Assembly: GCA_013265495.1 (NCBI GenBank)
Contig: MU058451.1
Location: forward strand, 2,785,305 to 2,849,304
DNA length: 64,000 bases
Direction: 5' to 3'
DNA from: Vicugna vicugna
Taxonomy: Eukaryota
Both the position numbers and the translations under genes were made by a program. Positions within the stretch are counted from its first letter, which is position 1; every line of letters starts with the position of its first letter. The notes under the pieces were generated by a model. The model saw only the letters and a program-made list of their open reading frames with translations, did no database searches and was not told the origin of the DNA. Below, piece after piece: positions 37,115 to 49,776 of this stretch.

Positions 37115-38840
37115 GAAATGGATACTTTTATATGCATTATTAATATACTTGATAACAACCCTATAAAACAGTTATTAGCACAATTGTAGAAATAGGGAAA
37201 CTGAGCATCTTAGAGTCCACACAGTATTAAAAAAAATGGGTATATTAGAATTTGAATTGAAGTCAGCCTGACTTAAAACAATATTATTTCCATTATATGG
37301 GGGAAGGAGAAGGTCAAAGGAGATAATTGCTCCAGGAAGTGGCCCACAAAATAGCAAACTTATTTTACTTCTCTTGATAGGGTTCTGAAACCTGAGACAT
37401 AAACATGATATAGAAACACACTCCCATTAACTGTAAATGAGATGCAGGTCTAAACTTGCAGAAATTCTGTAGATGCCCTTTTGAACAGGTGTGGTTTAAA
37501 TTAACCCAGTGTAGCAGAGTAACAAAAGCTGCCTAATTTGTTTGCTTAAAGGACTGGTCAGATATACCCACTTAAATATGTGAGTTCTCTACTGAGTAAT
37601 GCACTTTTGCCATGGAAATCTTAAAATAAATTATTTTTTTTTTGATGAATGGAAGGCTCACCAATTCTTTCACTAATCCCCAAACCCCATAATTTTTACT
37701 AAGTACCTAGTCTCACAAATGCTAACACTGGAACATTTTAGTCTTTCACATAGATTTTATGTAAATTATCACCGTAAAATCAGATTTGGTATTTCCTACA
37801 ACTATTTGATATGAATCTAGATATGCCAAATAAAGAAAAGTATTTTAGTGAAGTTAGTCTCTCATCTGTCTTACTGATAGCAATTGAGTTGAACCTTTGG
37901 CATTGTTTATCTGCACTGTTGTTTAAGGTTAAACGATGGGGCCGAAGCATAGCATTGTTACTTACGTATTTCAATTATTTATCTCACAGTATTTAGATAC
38001 TGGTTTAGCAACCTGAAAAAAAATGTTTGGTCTTGGACTTTTTTTTTCTTTTTACAGAGAGAACTCAAGTTTTGTGTAAATCCTTGTCTGTACACCTGTG
38101 GCCAAATAGGAACACATGAGAAGCATGGTTGGCTCCACTTGCCAGCACTTACTCACATGGCTGAGTCGTGTGTTAAGTGTTTGGAAGCGTCTCCCACTAC
38201 TAATTAGCTCTGAACTAATTGGACCAGAGTTAAAAAAAAATCCTATTATGATTTGTCTGAGGTTACACAGCCTTGGCTAAAAATACTCCGTTTCACCCTT
38301 ATAGTATATTAAAACATTGTAAGTATTATATAGGTAAATAACTGAATGGCAATGTGTTTATCTCACGGTACATGTAATCATGAGACATCCCCTAGCTGAA
38401 GTCTTTCCTTACTGTCCCCTTTCTTTACTGATACAAACCTTTTCTCTTACTGTCCAGATTGCTTAGGTCATAATCTTTTTCTTACTCAAGACGACCTGCT
38501 GGGACATAGCATTTCTTTGTGCACATTACCAAAAGTTACCACGTTGGCTGGACTAATTCCATAAAGGTATCACTTGCTCTGGATCAGGCTGAGGCAGCTC
38601 TGTGGCAACTCTGTGTAGACTAGATCTCAGCCCCATTTGTCTTCCCTTGTGTGTGGTGGCCTGTTCTTAGGCTATGTAAAGTCTGTCCTATATTAGATAC
38701 TTACATTTTATCATTCACTCAATCAACAAATGTTTAATGGGCATCTATTATGAACCAGGCAATTGTTAAGCTTTGGAGAATATGACTGAATAAGACTCTG
38801 CCCCTAAGGAACTCATATTTTAGTGGGAGAGAAAAATGCT

Positions 38841-39302
38841 TGTGTCAGTGTCACAGCAGCAAGCAGGTGGCATATCCACTGGATAAACTCAAGAGGATCT
38901 AGTAATGAGATATTCACAGGTCAGGATGTAGGGCACTTATTAGAGACAGTGTAGGATCTAGAATTTCATCATGCAGGGCTTTGGAAGGGTTGATGGGAGG
39001 AAGCAGTTCCTGGAACTTAGAGAGAGAGACAGACAGACAGAGACAGAGAAAGAGCCAGGGTCCCGGCTGGAGCTGAAATCTTGGAGGGGACTGGGGGCTC
39101 CTACAGTGGGAAACAGGTCGAGAGAAGAAATACCCCGTCTCACTCTACTTCTGTCCTCTGATCTTCTGAGGTTCCTCAACCAGAGGTTCGGAGGCAAGGG
39201 AGTTCACTGATACAGTCCTTAAAGATCAGCTTTCTGAGGGCAGAGAACGGGGTGAAGAAGAGGGAAGAATAGACCTGGAGGGGCAGAAGAAGATGGTCAG
39301 CA
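38841..39302 (-). mobile_element. ERVL 3' LTR (LTR40/41-like)
   Basis: TG...CA termini. Purine tract (GGGAGAGGAATGG on -) immediately before it, adjacent to ERVL pol. Confidence 0.65.
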
Positions 39303-41400
39303 TGGTCCATTCCTCTCCCCTCCCTCGATCCACTCTTGTCCTTCACTCCGGTGAATGTGTCCCAGCGCAGGGAATGTAATCCATTGGCACCATCAGTTCA
39401 TCATTGACACTAATGTCATCAACCTGGTCATACTCCCAGCTGAAAACTAAAATGTTAGCAATCACCAGAGTTCTTTACATAAAGTCATGAAGATGTGGGG
39501 AGGAAGAGGGGAAATAAAGTATAGCTGCTATGTTTTCTGCTTCTACAGCTCATCACAAGACTTAACTGGTAATCACTGTTGCCTTGTTCAGCAGCCATTC
39601 CGTGTTTCCTCTGCTGACATCTCACCTGTATGGCATTAGGATGACCTAGTGAGGTGATCCAAACCTTCATTCCTATGAGATCTACATCCTTGGATGTCTG
39701 TCTTCATTAGTTGCCGCAATTTTCCATTGACCAGGGCAACTGGGCAGAGAGTACCAAGAGATCCTCTAGTGGGTCTCCGTGTTTCAAATATAATACTTCT
39801 TACCTCCGTTATGAAGCAACAATCCAATTTCTTCCTGGTAGTTGGGATCAGTCACCCTGGCCAGTAGAGCAACCTTCTTCCTCTCTCTGTTGACTCAGAG
39901 GCATGAGAATTTCGAAAAGATTAGAGGACAGCCTCAGAATTCCTCAGAAGAGTACATGTGTTTCTTAGTAAAAGCATGCTTTCCTTAGGCTCTGAGACAT
40001 CTAAATCCACTGAGCTCAAAGTCACGTTAACAGGACACAAAATTTCTTTGAGTCTTGGGGACAGGATGAAAAGATTCACTAGATATAGTAGTGAGAGGGA
40101 GTACTTTTTCCTCCTCCCTCTGGTTCCTGGACCCATGAATTCTCGTTCTGGAAGACGTAGAACCACCTAGTGGAAACTGGCTTAAGGCATATACTGCCTC
40201 CTGTAGGATGGCGCCCCAGCCTCACAGTGTCTCCCAGTGGTCTCCCAGCTGGTGCAGCAGATGACCTTTAAGCAACCCATTCTACCATCTGTCAAGCCAG
40301 TCACCTTTGGATAGAAAGACCAATCAATGATACATATGCAAAATCATTGCTCTTTTTCCTTTGCCTTAAAATATTTCCTCTGGATGGAGTGTGTGTGTGG
40401 AACACCAATGGCAGTGATTAAAGCATTCTGATAGTCCATGTATGGAGGTGCTGGAAAAAGCACTTCAAGCAAGGAAGACAAATCAGTACCCAGAATATGA
40501 GTCTAACATGTGAGAGCAAATTTTCACTCCTTCCATCGTGGAAGAAGAGCAGTGTAACTTCCGGTGACTGGCTGGACCTTGGGAAATCAGTTTATATCAG
40601 GGGTTCAGTGTTGGCTCCTACTGTTGGTCAGTTGGGCATTCAGCAGATGTGGTAGCTGGATGAACTTTGGTGAGTCCACATGGCCTTTATCCCTGTTACC
40701 ATGGCTACTTTTTACATGAGCAAGCACTGAGGATGCTAAGGAAGGAGGCTGCCTGTCAGAAGCTGAATAGGCCCTTTTGTTCATCTAATTGAGAGCCTCC
40801 CTCAAAGTAATCCTTTTGGTGAATATCTTCATACTTCATGCCCATCCTGAGAGTCCATTTGCGTATCTCTTCCCAGTTCACCCTTGCCACCAATTTCCCA
40901 ATTTTATTTTCGAGTCTCTGACCAGTCAGCCAACACTGTTACCCCTGCCCCTGAGTCATTGTAGAGCTAGACCTCAACGGCTTTTCCCTTCTCATGAAGC
41001 AGACAACCAGATGTACTTCCCAAAGTCCTGCCTGCTATCTTTACACTAACCAATGTCTTTCAGGGATGGCCTGAAAGACATACAGTGTAGACTCCTCTGT
41101 TACCAGGACCAAACATTTTCCTACTCTTTTATCTGATCACAGGAAACTCCCGATGACCCCACAGGTGGGTCGGGGGAGAGATGTCCCTTCCGAACATGCT
41201 GAGGCTGATCCATACTGTAGCATTTCTAATGTGTAATGAAACACTGCTGTGCATAATTTTGTGATTTGGTGGATCAGATAAACACCCAGTCCATGATAGA
41301 TAATTCAGATGATCATACCACTTGATGCCCCATGGTCTGGCTTTCACTCTCTACCAGGACTTGGGAATAAGCTAGAAGCTGCATTTCAGATGGAAAATCA
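39303..41400 (-). mobile_element. Decayed ERVL internal region (RNase H/integrase part of pol)
   Basis: - strand fragments in ERVL pol order: LSDPPNHK, WKIGGK, AHVKSSHGNRD (HHCC start), GWGAILQEAVYAL, CPVALVNGKLRQ, MKVWITSLG. Multiple stops and frameshifts. Confidence 0.85.
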
Positions 41401-43839
41401 TTGTTGGCAAAAAAGGGCATAGCATGATGAAGGCACATTTGTGGCACCAACTAGAGAACCACCTGCAAATTCTCTTACAGAAGAGGAGGTACCTGAGTCA
41501 AGTTGCGAAGGATGACTAATACTGGGTGGGTAGAAAAGCTATTGAACAGCATATACGAAGATATGAAAGAGTGAAATAACAGAATACCAGTGCAGCTCGG
41601 TATTCCGGGGTCAGGGGGTATAAGGAGGCATGCTCAGGGTCCTGGTCATGGAGGCTCATTGAACTCTTCAGAGAAAGTTACTGAACTCTTTTAAGCAGAG
41701 GAGTTATCTCTTTAAGAAAATGGACTATCCTTTGTACCTATTCTGGTGCCTTGTACAGTCCCTTACAATCATTGATCATACAGATTGTTTTGAATTTTAA
41801 TTGGAAATATAGTTAGTTATGTATTATATCAATTATTACAGTTAAGTTCACAACTTTTTTTCTACTAGGCCTCTAAATCGCTATCCCCAAACTAAAATGT
41901 TTTTCTTAATCCTGGCATCCTCTTAAATCAGTTAATTTCACATGTGACTTAGTTAGCACACGTTCTCTCTCTATCTCCTCCCTCTCTCTCTCCCTTTTGC
42001 TCTCCATGTAAATGAGACAGCATGGAGGCACTTAAATATTTGAGAATTGGCTCCTATTCTGCTGTTGGAGTCTCATTACAATTTCTAATTTATTTAGGTT
42101 CTTTACCAAGTAACTTCCTAAGAAAAAAGGTTTCACCTCCTCACTTCTGTGAGTAAGATGCTCATGCAGATATATCCCATCTGTTAACCTTTTTGTATTC
42201 CCCTCTTGCTTGTAAAAGTATTTTGCCTAAGCTACATGAAATATTCTATGGATAATGAGCCTTGTGTTTTCCTAAGTGCATAGTGTTTAAAACATGAGTG
42301 AATCCATTGCTAAAATATTTATAGTTTAGTCAACATACACAAACTTGAAGAATGATCAGTTGTGGTAACAGACATCCAAATCTTGGAAATATTTTGAGAA
42401 GTATATTACCTTACATAGAGGAATACCATCAATTCTGAAACATTGCTTCCATATTTGGAAATTAAAACCTTTGTTGTTCTCTGACGGCAGTGGGGCATGG
42501 CACCAATGAAAAGTGCCATCTGGACCAGGATCCCAGGAGAGAGGGAAGAGAGAACAAATGGCAGATCCAAAGTTTGGATAAGAAACTCATGCAGCAATTA
42601 GAGTCGGTCTGGGCATGGTGTGCCTTTGATTTCAAAGGCAACTCCGTGCCTGGATAAGTTTTGTGGACTGTGGAACATGATGATAACTGGCCCTAAGGGA
42701 ACACACGGAACACTGGGTAATAAAAGAGAAGACAGAGATCAGGTCTGCAAAGGAAGAATAAAGTAAGCATTAACTGTTATACCAGGATTTGAACTGCCTT
42801 CAGCAAGCATTCTGAAAACGCACAGATGACATTCAGTCATTGAGCAGGGCTTCTAATTTTGTGGCATTGGAGTTGAGTCTCTGGAGAGCTAGGGGTTGAT
42901 AATATTGTCTCTAAAGAAGGAGGTGAAAATTGAATTCTTTTGCCCCTTCACCTTTATTTTATCCCTTCACCCTTTAGAGAATGGTATGACTCTAAAATGA
43001 CTCTTAGCCCCACTGAGGTTGTCCAAATGTTGGTATCATTCCTGAAAATATCAACGTAATGACCGCACTTTTATGTTTAAAACAAGATGTTAATTAAGAA
43101 ATTTTAGTATCCCACAAGGGACATACATTAGAATTTCTGTTTTGAAAACTAAATGGGGTCGTGATAGTGATCAAACACGCATCATTTTCTTCAAGTATCA
43201 TCTAGAAATATTTAACAAGCCTAAAATTACAAAGTCTCTTAAATAGGTGGTATGCAAAGAAATCGCCACAGACTCAGCCCCTCCCCTCTAGCATCTTACA
43301 CCACTAGTTTGCTGTGAATACTTAGTTACAGAATAAAGAGGGAAAGAAAAGAATAATCTTGAATTAAAGATATAGCTGTCTTGGTCAAGACCGTCAGGAC
43401 GGCTATCCCTGATGGAATAACAGGATTCATCATTGTCATTCATCCCGCTACAATGCTTTTATTTTTACTGTACCCAATAGAAATGTGGTTTTTGTTACTG
43501 TATCAATTTATTATCTATCTATAGATTTTTAAAGTTTTAAACTGTTTTTCAAGGGTTACATTTGGAGATCTACAAAGCTATATATAGCTATAACTAAATA
43601 AAAACTTGATTTTACATTAAGGTGCTTACATGTCTGGACTAAGAGTGCTTTTAGGATGGAAAGAAAGATGAAGTTCCAGAGAAGAAATTGTGAGACCTCT
43701 GTGTAGGAATGAGCAAAAGGCATCTTACTGTCATTTATAGCTTCCAGACACTGCACATTATTCCATATATAGTTTTTAATTTCTTGAATGACTCCAGGTG
43801 CCTATAACGATTAGTGGAATAAACAGCTAGAATGTTTCT

Positions 43840-44113
43840 TTTTTTAAATTTTTAAATTTAATTTAATTTTTATTTTTTTAACTTTTTTATTGATTTATAA
43901 TCATTTTACAATGTTGTGTGAAATTCCAGTGTAGAGCACAATTTTTCAGTTACACATGAACATATATATATATTTGTTGTCACATTTTTTTCTCTGTGAG
44001 CTACCATAAGATCTTGTATATATTTCCCTGTGCTTTATAGTATGATCTTGTTTATCTACTTTATTCTACATTTTGAAATTCCAGTCTGTCCCTTCCCACC
44101 CCTCCTGCCCCTT
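43840..44113 (-). mobile_element. Young L1 3' end
   Basis: Same 3'UTR type as 45179-45420. TSD aacagc(t/a)agaatgtttct (43822-43839 / 44114-44131). Confidence 0.92.
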
Positions 44114-44619
44114 AACAGCAAGAATGTTTCTATGTATTGTTTGTAGCAAGATTTGCTCAAGACTGTTTTTCTGTGCTTTTATCCAATAACTACAGTGTAC
44201 ACTAGAAAACTCAAGTGTTTGGGAGAGTAAATTTTAGTTTGTCACGAGAATTGAAGAAAATGTGTTGAGCCTACTCCACCTTTCCAAAATTTAGATGCTA
44301 AATATTTAATATCTGAGCCATAAGTAATTAAGAAACGAAAATTTAAATCTCTGAAGACTCTATTGACTTTTTCACAGGTAAAGAATAATACATTTATCTT
44401 TGAGTCAAATTCAGCTAATGAATGTAGCGCTTATAAGTACTTAAAATTACATCTGTAGGTAAAAATACAATTTATTTTAGATCATTTACTCCTGACATTT
44501 ATGAAATAACGCTATATGCTTGAACTGGGAAGAGATTGTTGAGGCCCATGCATGTAGATGGGGAGATAGGGCTCTGAACAGGGCATTGCATGGTCGGTGC
44601 TAAAACTGGTGAAATTTTT

Positions 44620-44838
44620 TAAATTTTAATTTTTTGATTTATAATGTGTTAGTTTCTGGTGTACAGCATAGTGATTCAGTTTTACGTATACATACACATA
44701 CTCTTTTTCATATTCTTTTCCATTACAGGTTACTACAAGCCATTGTATATAGTTCCCTGTGCTATACAGTAAGATCTTTTTTTTTAAATTTTATTTTATT
44801 GAGTTATAGTCAGTTTACCATGTTGTGAGGACCTTCTT
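44620..44838 (-). mobile_element. L1 3' end with a second tiny L1 terminus (about 44776-44827) nested inside
   Basis: Perfect 19-bp TSD taaaactggtgaaattttt (44601-44619 / 44839-44857). Confidence 0.88.
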
Positions 44839-45458
44839 TAAAACTGGTGAAATTTTTCTGTTTCTTTAGTTAACTTTTTTTTTTTTTACAGCAATAAATG
44901 CAACTTGAAAGTTTTTAGTTGAATGCTTTGTGTGCACATCGGCAGTAGACCACTGTGAATTAAGTACCGTTGGAAGTTACTAGGGGCCCCGAGAAGTGAA
45001 AAATGTGAAACAATTCACAACTTAAAAAAAATATATATATACACACACACACATTTATTTTTTAAAACCTTAATTATTTATTTATATACTTCTCTTACAA
45101 TATCATATTTTTAAAATTGAAGTATAGTTGATGTACAATATTATGTTATAGGTATATAATATAGTGATGCACAATATTTTTTACTTTTTTTATTGAGTAA
45201 TAGTCATTTTACAGTGTTGTGTCAAATTCTAGTGTAGAGCACAATTTTTCAGTTATACATGAAAAAATATATATATATTGTCACATTTTTTATTCTCTAT
45301 GAGCTACCACAAGATCTTGTATATATTTCCCTGTGCTATACAGTATAATCTTGTTTATCTATTCTACATTTTGAAATCCCAGTCTGTCCCTTCCCACCCC
45401 CTGCCCCCTTGGCAACCACAAGTTTGTATTCTACGTCTATGAGTCTGTTTCCTTTTTG

Positions 45459-45522
45459 TATGTATGTATGTATGTATGTATGTATGTATGTATGTATGTA
45501 TGTATGTATTTATTTATTTATT
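45459..45522. repeat. (TATG)n(TATT)n microsatellite inside the L1 3' region
   Basis: Read directly. The homologous spot in the L1 at about 110-131 is (TTTG)n instead. Confidence 0.92.
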
Positions 45523-46031
45523 TTAGATTCCTCATATAAGCGATCTCATATGGTATTTTTCTTTCTCTTTCTGGTTTACTTCATTTAGAATGACATTCTC
45601 CAGGAGCATCCATGTTGCTGCAAATGGCGTTATGTTGTCAGTTTTTATGGCTGAATAGTATTCCATTGTATAAATATACCATATCTCCTTTATCCAGTCA
45701 TCTGTTGATGGACATTTAGGCTGTTTCCATGTCTTGGCTATTGTAAATAGTGCTGCTGTGAACATTGGGGTGCAGGTGTCATTTTGAAGTAGGGTTCCTT
45801 CTGGATATATGCCTAGGAGCGGGATTCCTGGGTCATATGGTAAGTCTATTCCTGGTCTTTTGAGGAATCTCCATACTGTTTTCCACAGTGGCTTTCCTTG
45901 CTTCCTTCTCTCACTCTTAATGATTTAGATGTCTTTTACGATTTTGTGTTTATTCTTTTTGTAATTCATGACAGTTACCTCCTTTCCAGTTACGAGTTTC
46001 TCATTTTTGTAGCATCCTGCTTCTTTTCTAT

Positions 46032-46919
46032 TTAGAGTAGACCTGTCAATATTTCTTTTAGCATGGGTTTAGTGTTGCTAAACTCTTTGTTTTTGCTTGT
46101 CTGTGAAGTTCTTATCTCTCCTCCTATTCTAAAAGATGCCTTGCTGGATAGAGTATCCTAGGCTGCATCTTTTTTTCATTCAGGACTTTGAATATATCTT
46201 GCCAACTCCCTTCTGGCCTGTAGTGTTTGTGTAGAGAAATCAGCTGAGAGCCTTATGGGGGTTCCCTTATAACTCACTCTTTGTTGTTCTCTTGCTGCCT
46301 TTAGGATCATTTCTTTATCCTTGACTCTGGCCATCTTGATTATATGTCTTGGTATGGGTCTGTTTGGGTTCTTCCTGTTTGGGACCCTCTGAGCCTTTTG
46401 TACTTGGATATCTGATTCCTTCTTTAGGTTTGGGAAGTTTTCAGTCATGATTTCTTCAAATACCTTTTCAATCCCCTTTATTCTTTCTTCCCCTGCTGGA
46501 ACCCCTATTATGTGTAGCTTGGCATGCTTTATATTATCCTATAGGTCCCTTATATTGTTTTCATTGATTTTTATTTGTTTTTCTCTCAGCTGTTCTGATT
46601 GGGTGCTTTCTATTGTCCTGTCTTCTAGGTCATTTATTCGTTCCTCTGCATTATCTAGCCTGCTTTGCACAGCCTTTAGGTCAGCTCTCATCTCAGCAAA
46701 CGAGTTTACTAATTCTACTTGGTTCTTCTTTATAGCTTCTATTTCATTTTTGACATATTTTGTATCTCTAAACACTATTTCTTTTAGTTCCTTCAGTACT
46801 TTGATCACTCCTTTTTTGAAATCTTGATCTAGTCGGCCATCAGTGTGTATTTCCTTGATCGTGCTTTCAGGGGATTTCTCTTGATCTTTTAATTGGGAGT
46901 GGTTCCTCTGCTTCTTCAT
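46032..46919 (-). pseudogene. Disrupted L1 ORF1p
   Basis: MKKQRNHSQLK...coiled coil...NIRDL* (W to stop); ENFPNL...AQRVP...PRHII...ILKAARE...YKGTPIRLSADFS; frameshift near 46200; C-terminus KPMLKEILTGLL*. Confidence 0.92.
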
Positions 46920-49695
46920 GTTGCTGATATCTCTCTGGCACTGTGGCTGTAGGAGTATCAGTTACCTAGTTCTGGAGATGTTGTGCTCTTAATTATTTTA
47001 TTGAGAGGTCTTAGTGTCTTTGCCCTGTTTCGCGAACTCAGCTTGCTGTTTCCAGAGGCCCTCTGTTTGTGCCCTTGTTTGTGTTGCTCCCCGTGGCTGT
47101 TGGCTAGCAGATTGCGCTCCTTCCCACCACTGGGTCAGGTGCTGAGTTCTTACCTGGTGTGTGGGCCAGCGGGTCACTCCCCCTCCCGATGCCGCAGTTG
47201 GATGCTGCAAGCTTGGACGAGGCAGGTGGGCATATTGCGCCCCCTCCCAGCACTGTGGTCAGGTGCTGCATTCCTGCCAGGAAGGCGAGTGGCTGCCTGC
47301 CCTCTCCTGGCACTGGCACCAGTCACTCTGCTGCTCTGTGCCTCTGCCTGCTCTGCCTCGGGTCGGCGCTCTGAAGGCGGGCTCAGGGAAGACCACAGAA
47401 TGCCCCGCCGCTCCTGTGTGCCAAATCTCAGCTCCTTGTTTCTTGGTGGCACGAGTTCTTTGAGGTGCCAGGACAGAAAGATCTTATCTGCCTTGGGCTG
47501 TAAACAAGTCTCAGTCCTGCCTAGGAGGTTGCGGAGCCCCCAGATTCAGGAGGAGATGGTGGCTGTGGCTGCGTCCTGCCCCTCTTCTCATGAGAGGCGC
47601 CAGTAATGATGCCGCAGGTCTGTGGAGACAAAGGCTACGGTGCCCCTCTCCCCTAGGGCACACCAGCTGTGTTGCTTTGCTTTTTTGGCCATTTATGGGG
47701 AACAGAGGTGGTTCTACTCCATATCCCCTCCCAGCCACGGTGCACAGCACCCTGCAGTCCCCTGGGGCTGCCTCAGTGCAGCCGCCCCAGTCCTCCTCCC
47801 GGCTTGGCTGGCCCATCCCCGCCCCCAGCTGCCGGCTCATGTCTCGGGACTGGGTGTCGTGGGACCCTTTGTGCCTGTTTAACTCAGTTCTGTCGGTCAA
47901 GGGGTGCTTGGGGCCAATCTGAGCCTCGGAGGCTCCCCCTCCATCCTGTTGGCCTCTCCATTGGAGGGGGGAGACCCAGCGAACAAGTGCCAGTCATCCT
48001 TTGCTGCTCCCTCCCGCGGGATCAGTCCTGCACTGTTTTGCTTTTTCTTGTTTCTTTTTTCCTTTTCTCCTACCAGATTTTTGGCGTCTTTGTCTTTTGG
48101 AGTTCGGCAGGTGGTCTGGTTGGCTGAGTAGGTCTGTAAACGTGAATTTTGTTGTATTTGTGGGAGAGGGTGAGCTACCAGTGTCCTTCTACTCTGCCAT
48201 CTTGCTTCTCTCTGTGATTCATAATTTTTAAAGATTATACTCCATTTTAGTTATTATAAAATATTGGCTACATTCCCCATGTTGTACAATACATCCTTGT
48301 AGCTTATTTTATACCTGATAGTTTGTACCTCTTAATCCTGCACCTCCATCTTGCCCCTCCCCCTTCCCTTTCCCCACTGATAACCACTAGCTCCTTCTCT
48401 ACATCTGCCTGTTTCTTTTCTGTGATATTCATTAGTTTGTTCTATTTTTTTTGGACTCCACATGTGATATCTTACAGTATTTGTCTTTCTCTGTGTGACT
48501 TATTTCACTTAGCATAATGCCCTCCAAGTCCATCCATGATGTACACCAAATTCACAGTTTTCTATTAGACTTTCCCTTTTGTATCTGATCATGTATGGGG
48601 TAGGCTTCTTGGTCTCAAAATTTACTACAAAATAGTAATGAAATTATTCTGTGGGATTCTGTCTCTAGAGGAATAAGAAACCTCTCTAGGTATGTCATCA
48701 AGTCCTGTTTTATTTTTTCACCTAAAAATCTGTCTCCATGCTGTAAACAAATCAGTTTCCTATCACATGAGAGACTTACTCCATTAAGCATGGCAAGTAA
48801 ATCATAAGCTGATATTATTTCTGGATTTTCATTGAGTACTCAGCAGTGTCTTGTGCATATTGATCGATGAACTGATGCTATTTAAACATTTCTCTAAAAC
48901 CAATTAATTAATGATTAATCCATGATACTGATTAATGATGGATTAATTAAGAATTTCTGGAATTGCATTATTTAAATAAATTATCATTCAGCATAAGATG
49001 GGATGCAATGCAGTCATTGAAAACTGCATTCTAGAGCATTTTTAAGGATATGGGATTAATAAGCATGTTATATTACTAAATGAAAGTGCTATATTACTGT
49101 ATAGTACAAGCTGTCTATTCTCAGTTTTGGAAAAAAAGAAATGAATGCATATGTATCAGACTGAAAGGATATATTCCAACTTGTTAACAGTATTTCCTCT
49201 GGTTTCCAAATATTATATGATGTATCTTTTTACTCTTTTCTCCCCCACTTTAACTCTTAAAAAGCTTTTTGGTTATAGAAGTTTTATATCAAGAGTAGAG
49301 AAAACATAATGAATCACCATGTATCCATTTTTTGGCTTTAACAATTACCAGTGTTTTGCCAGTTTCTTTCAACTATCCCTTGGGTTTTTTGGGAATGTTT
49401 TAAAACAAATTTCTGACACTGTTTTTTTCATGCAAAAATATCTTCCTTTTTTTTTCTTTTTTTTTTTAAACAACATTCTTGCTGACTATAGACATCTGGG
49501 CCAACAGTTTCACTTTTCATTTTTTAAAAATGTCACTTTATTTCCTTCTGGCTTGTATCATTTCTGATGAGAAGTCTGTTGTGATTTTGGAGTTTTTTTT
49601 TTTTGTTTGTGTTTGTCTTTTATCTTTGTTTCACTATTAGTGTCATTTCTTTTCTCTGGCTGATTTCAAGTTTTCCCCTTTATCTTAAAAAAAAA

Positions 49696-49776
49696 TTTTT
49701 TTTTTCTTACAGAGGTGCTGGAAACTGAACCCAGGAACCCCTGGCGTGCGCTCTACCACTGAGTTATACCCACTCC
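49696..49776 (-). mobile_element. Vic-1-like SINE (diverged) within an old L1M fragment (about 49470-50320)
   Basis: gaggtgctggaaactgaacccagg...gcgctctaccactgagttataccc; flanks share ctttatctt. Confidence 0.75.

Larger units (their letters stand above)
45179..48213 (-). mobile_element. About 3.0-kb L1 with 5'UTR, ORF1 and 3' end, most of ORF2 absent (spliced/half-L1-like)
   Basis: 5' end AGAGAGAAGCAAGATGGC (YY1 motif), GC-rich 5'UTR, ORF1 46919-46032, junction at 45891/45892 into the ORF2 C-terminus, A-rich tail, degenerate TSD 45164-45178 / 48214-48228 (12/15). Confidence 0.92.
45110..48545 (-). mobile_element. Older L1 3' fragment split in two (45110-45178 and 48214-48545) by a younger L1
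   Basis: The two halves join into a sequence resembling the uninterrupted copy at 51688-51930. Confidence 0.8.

Noticed and set aside
46983..48231. Many overlapping 70-207 aa ORFs
   Set aside because: They lie in the GC-rich L1 5'UTR, where stops are rare; no recognisable protein.
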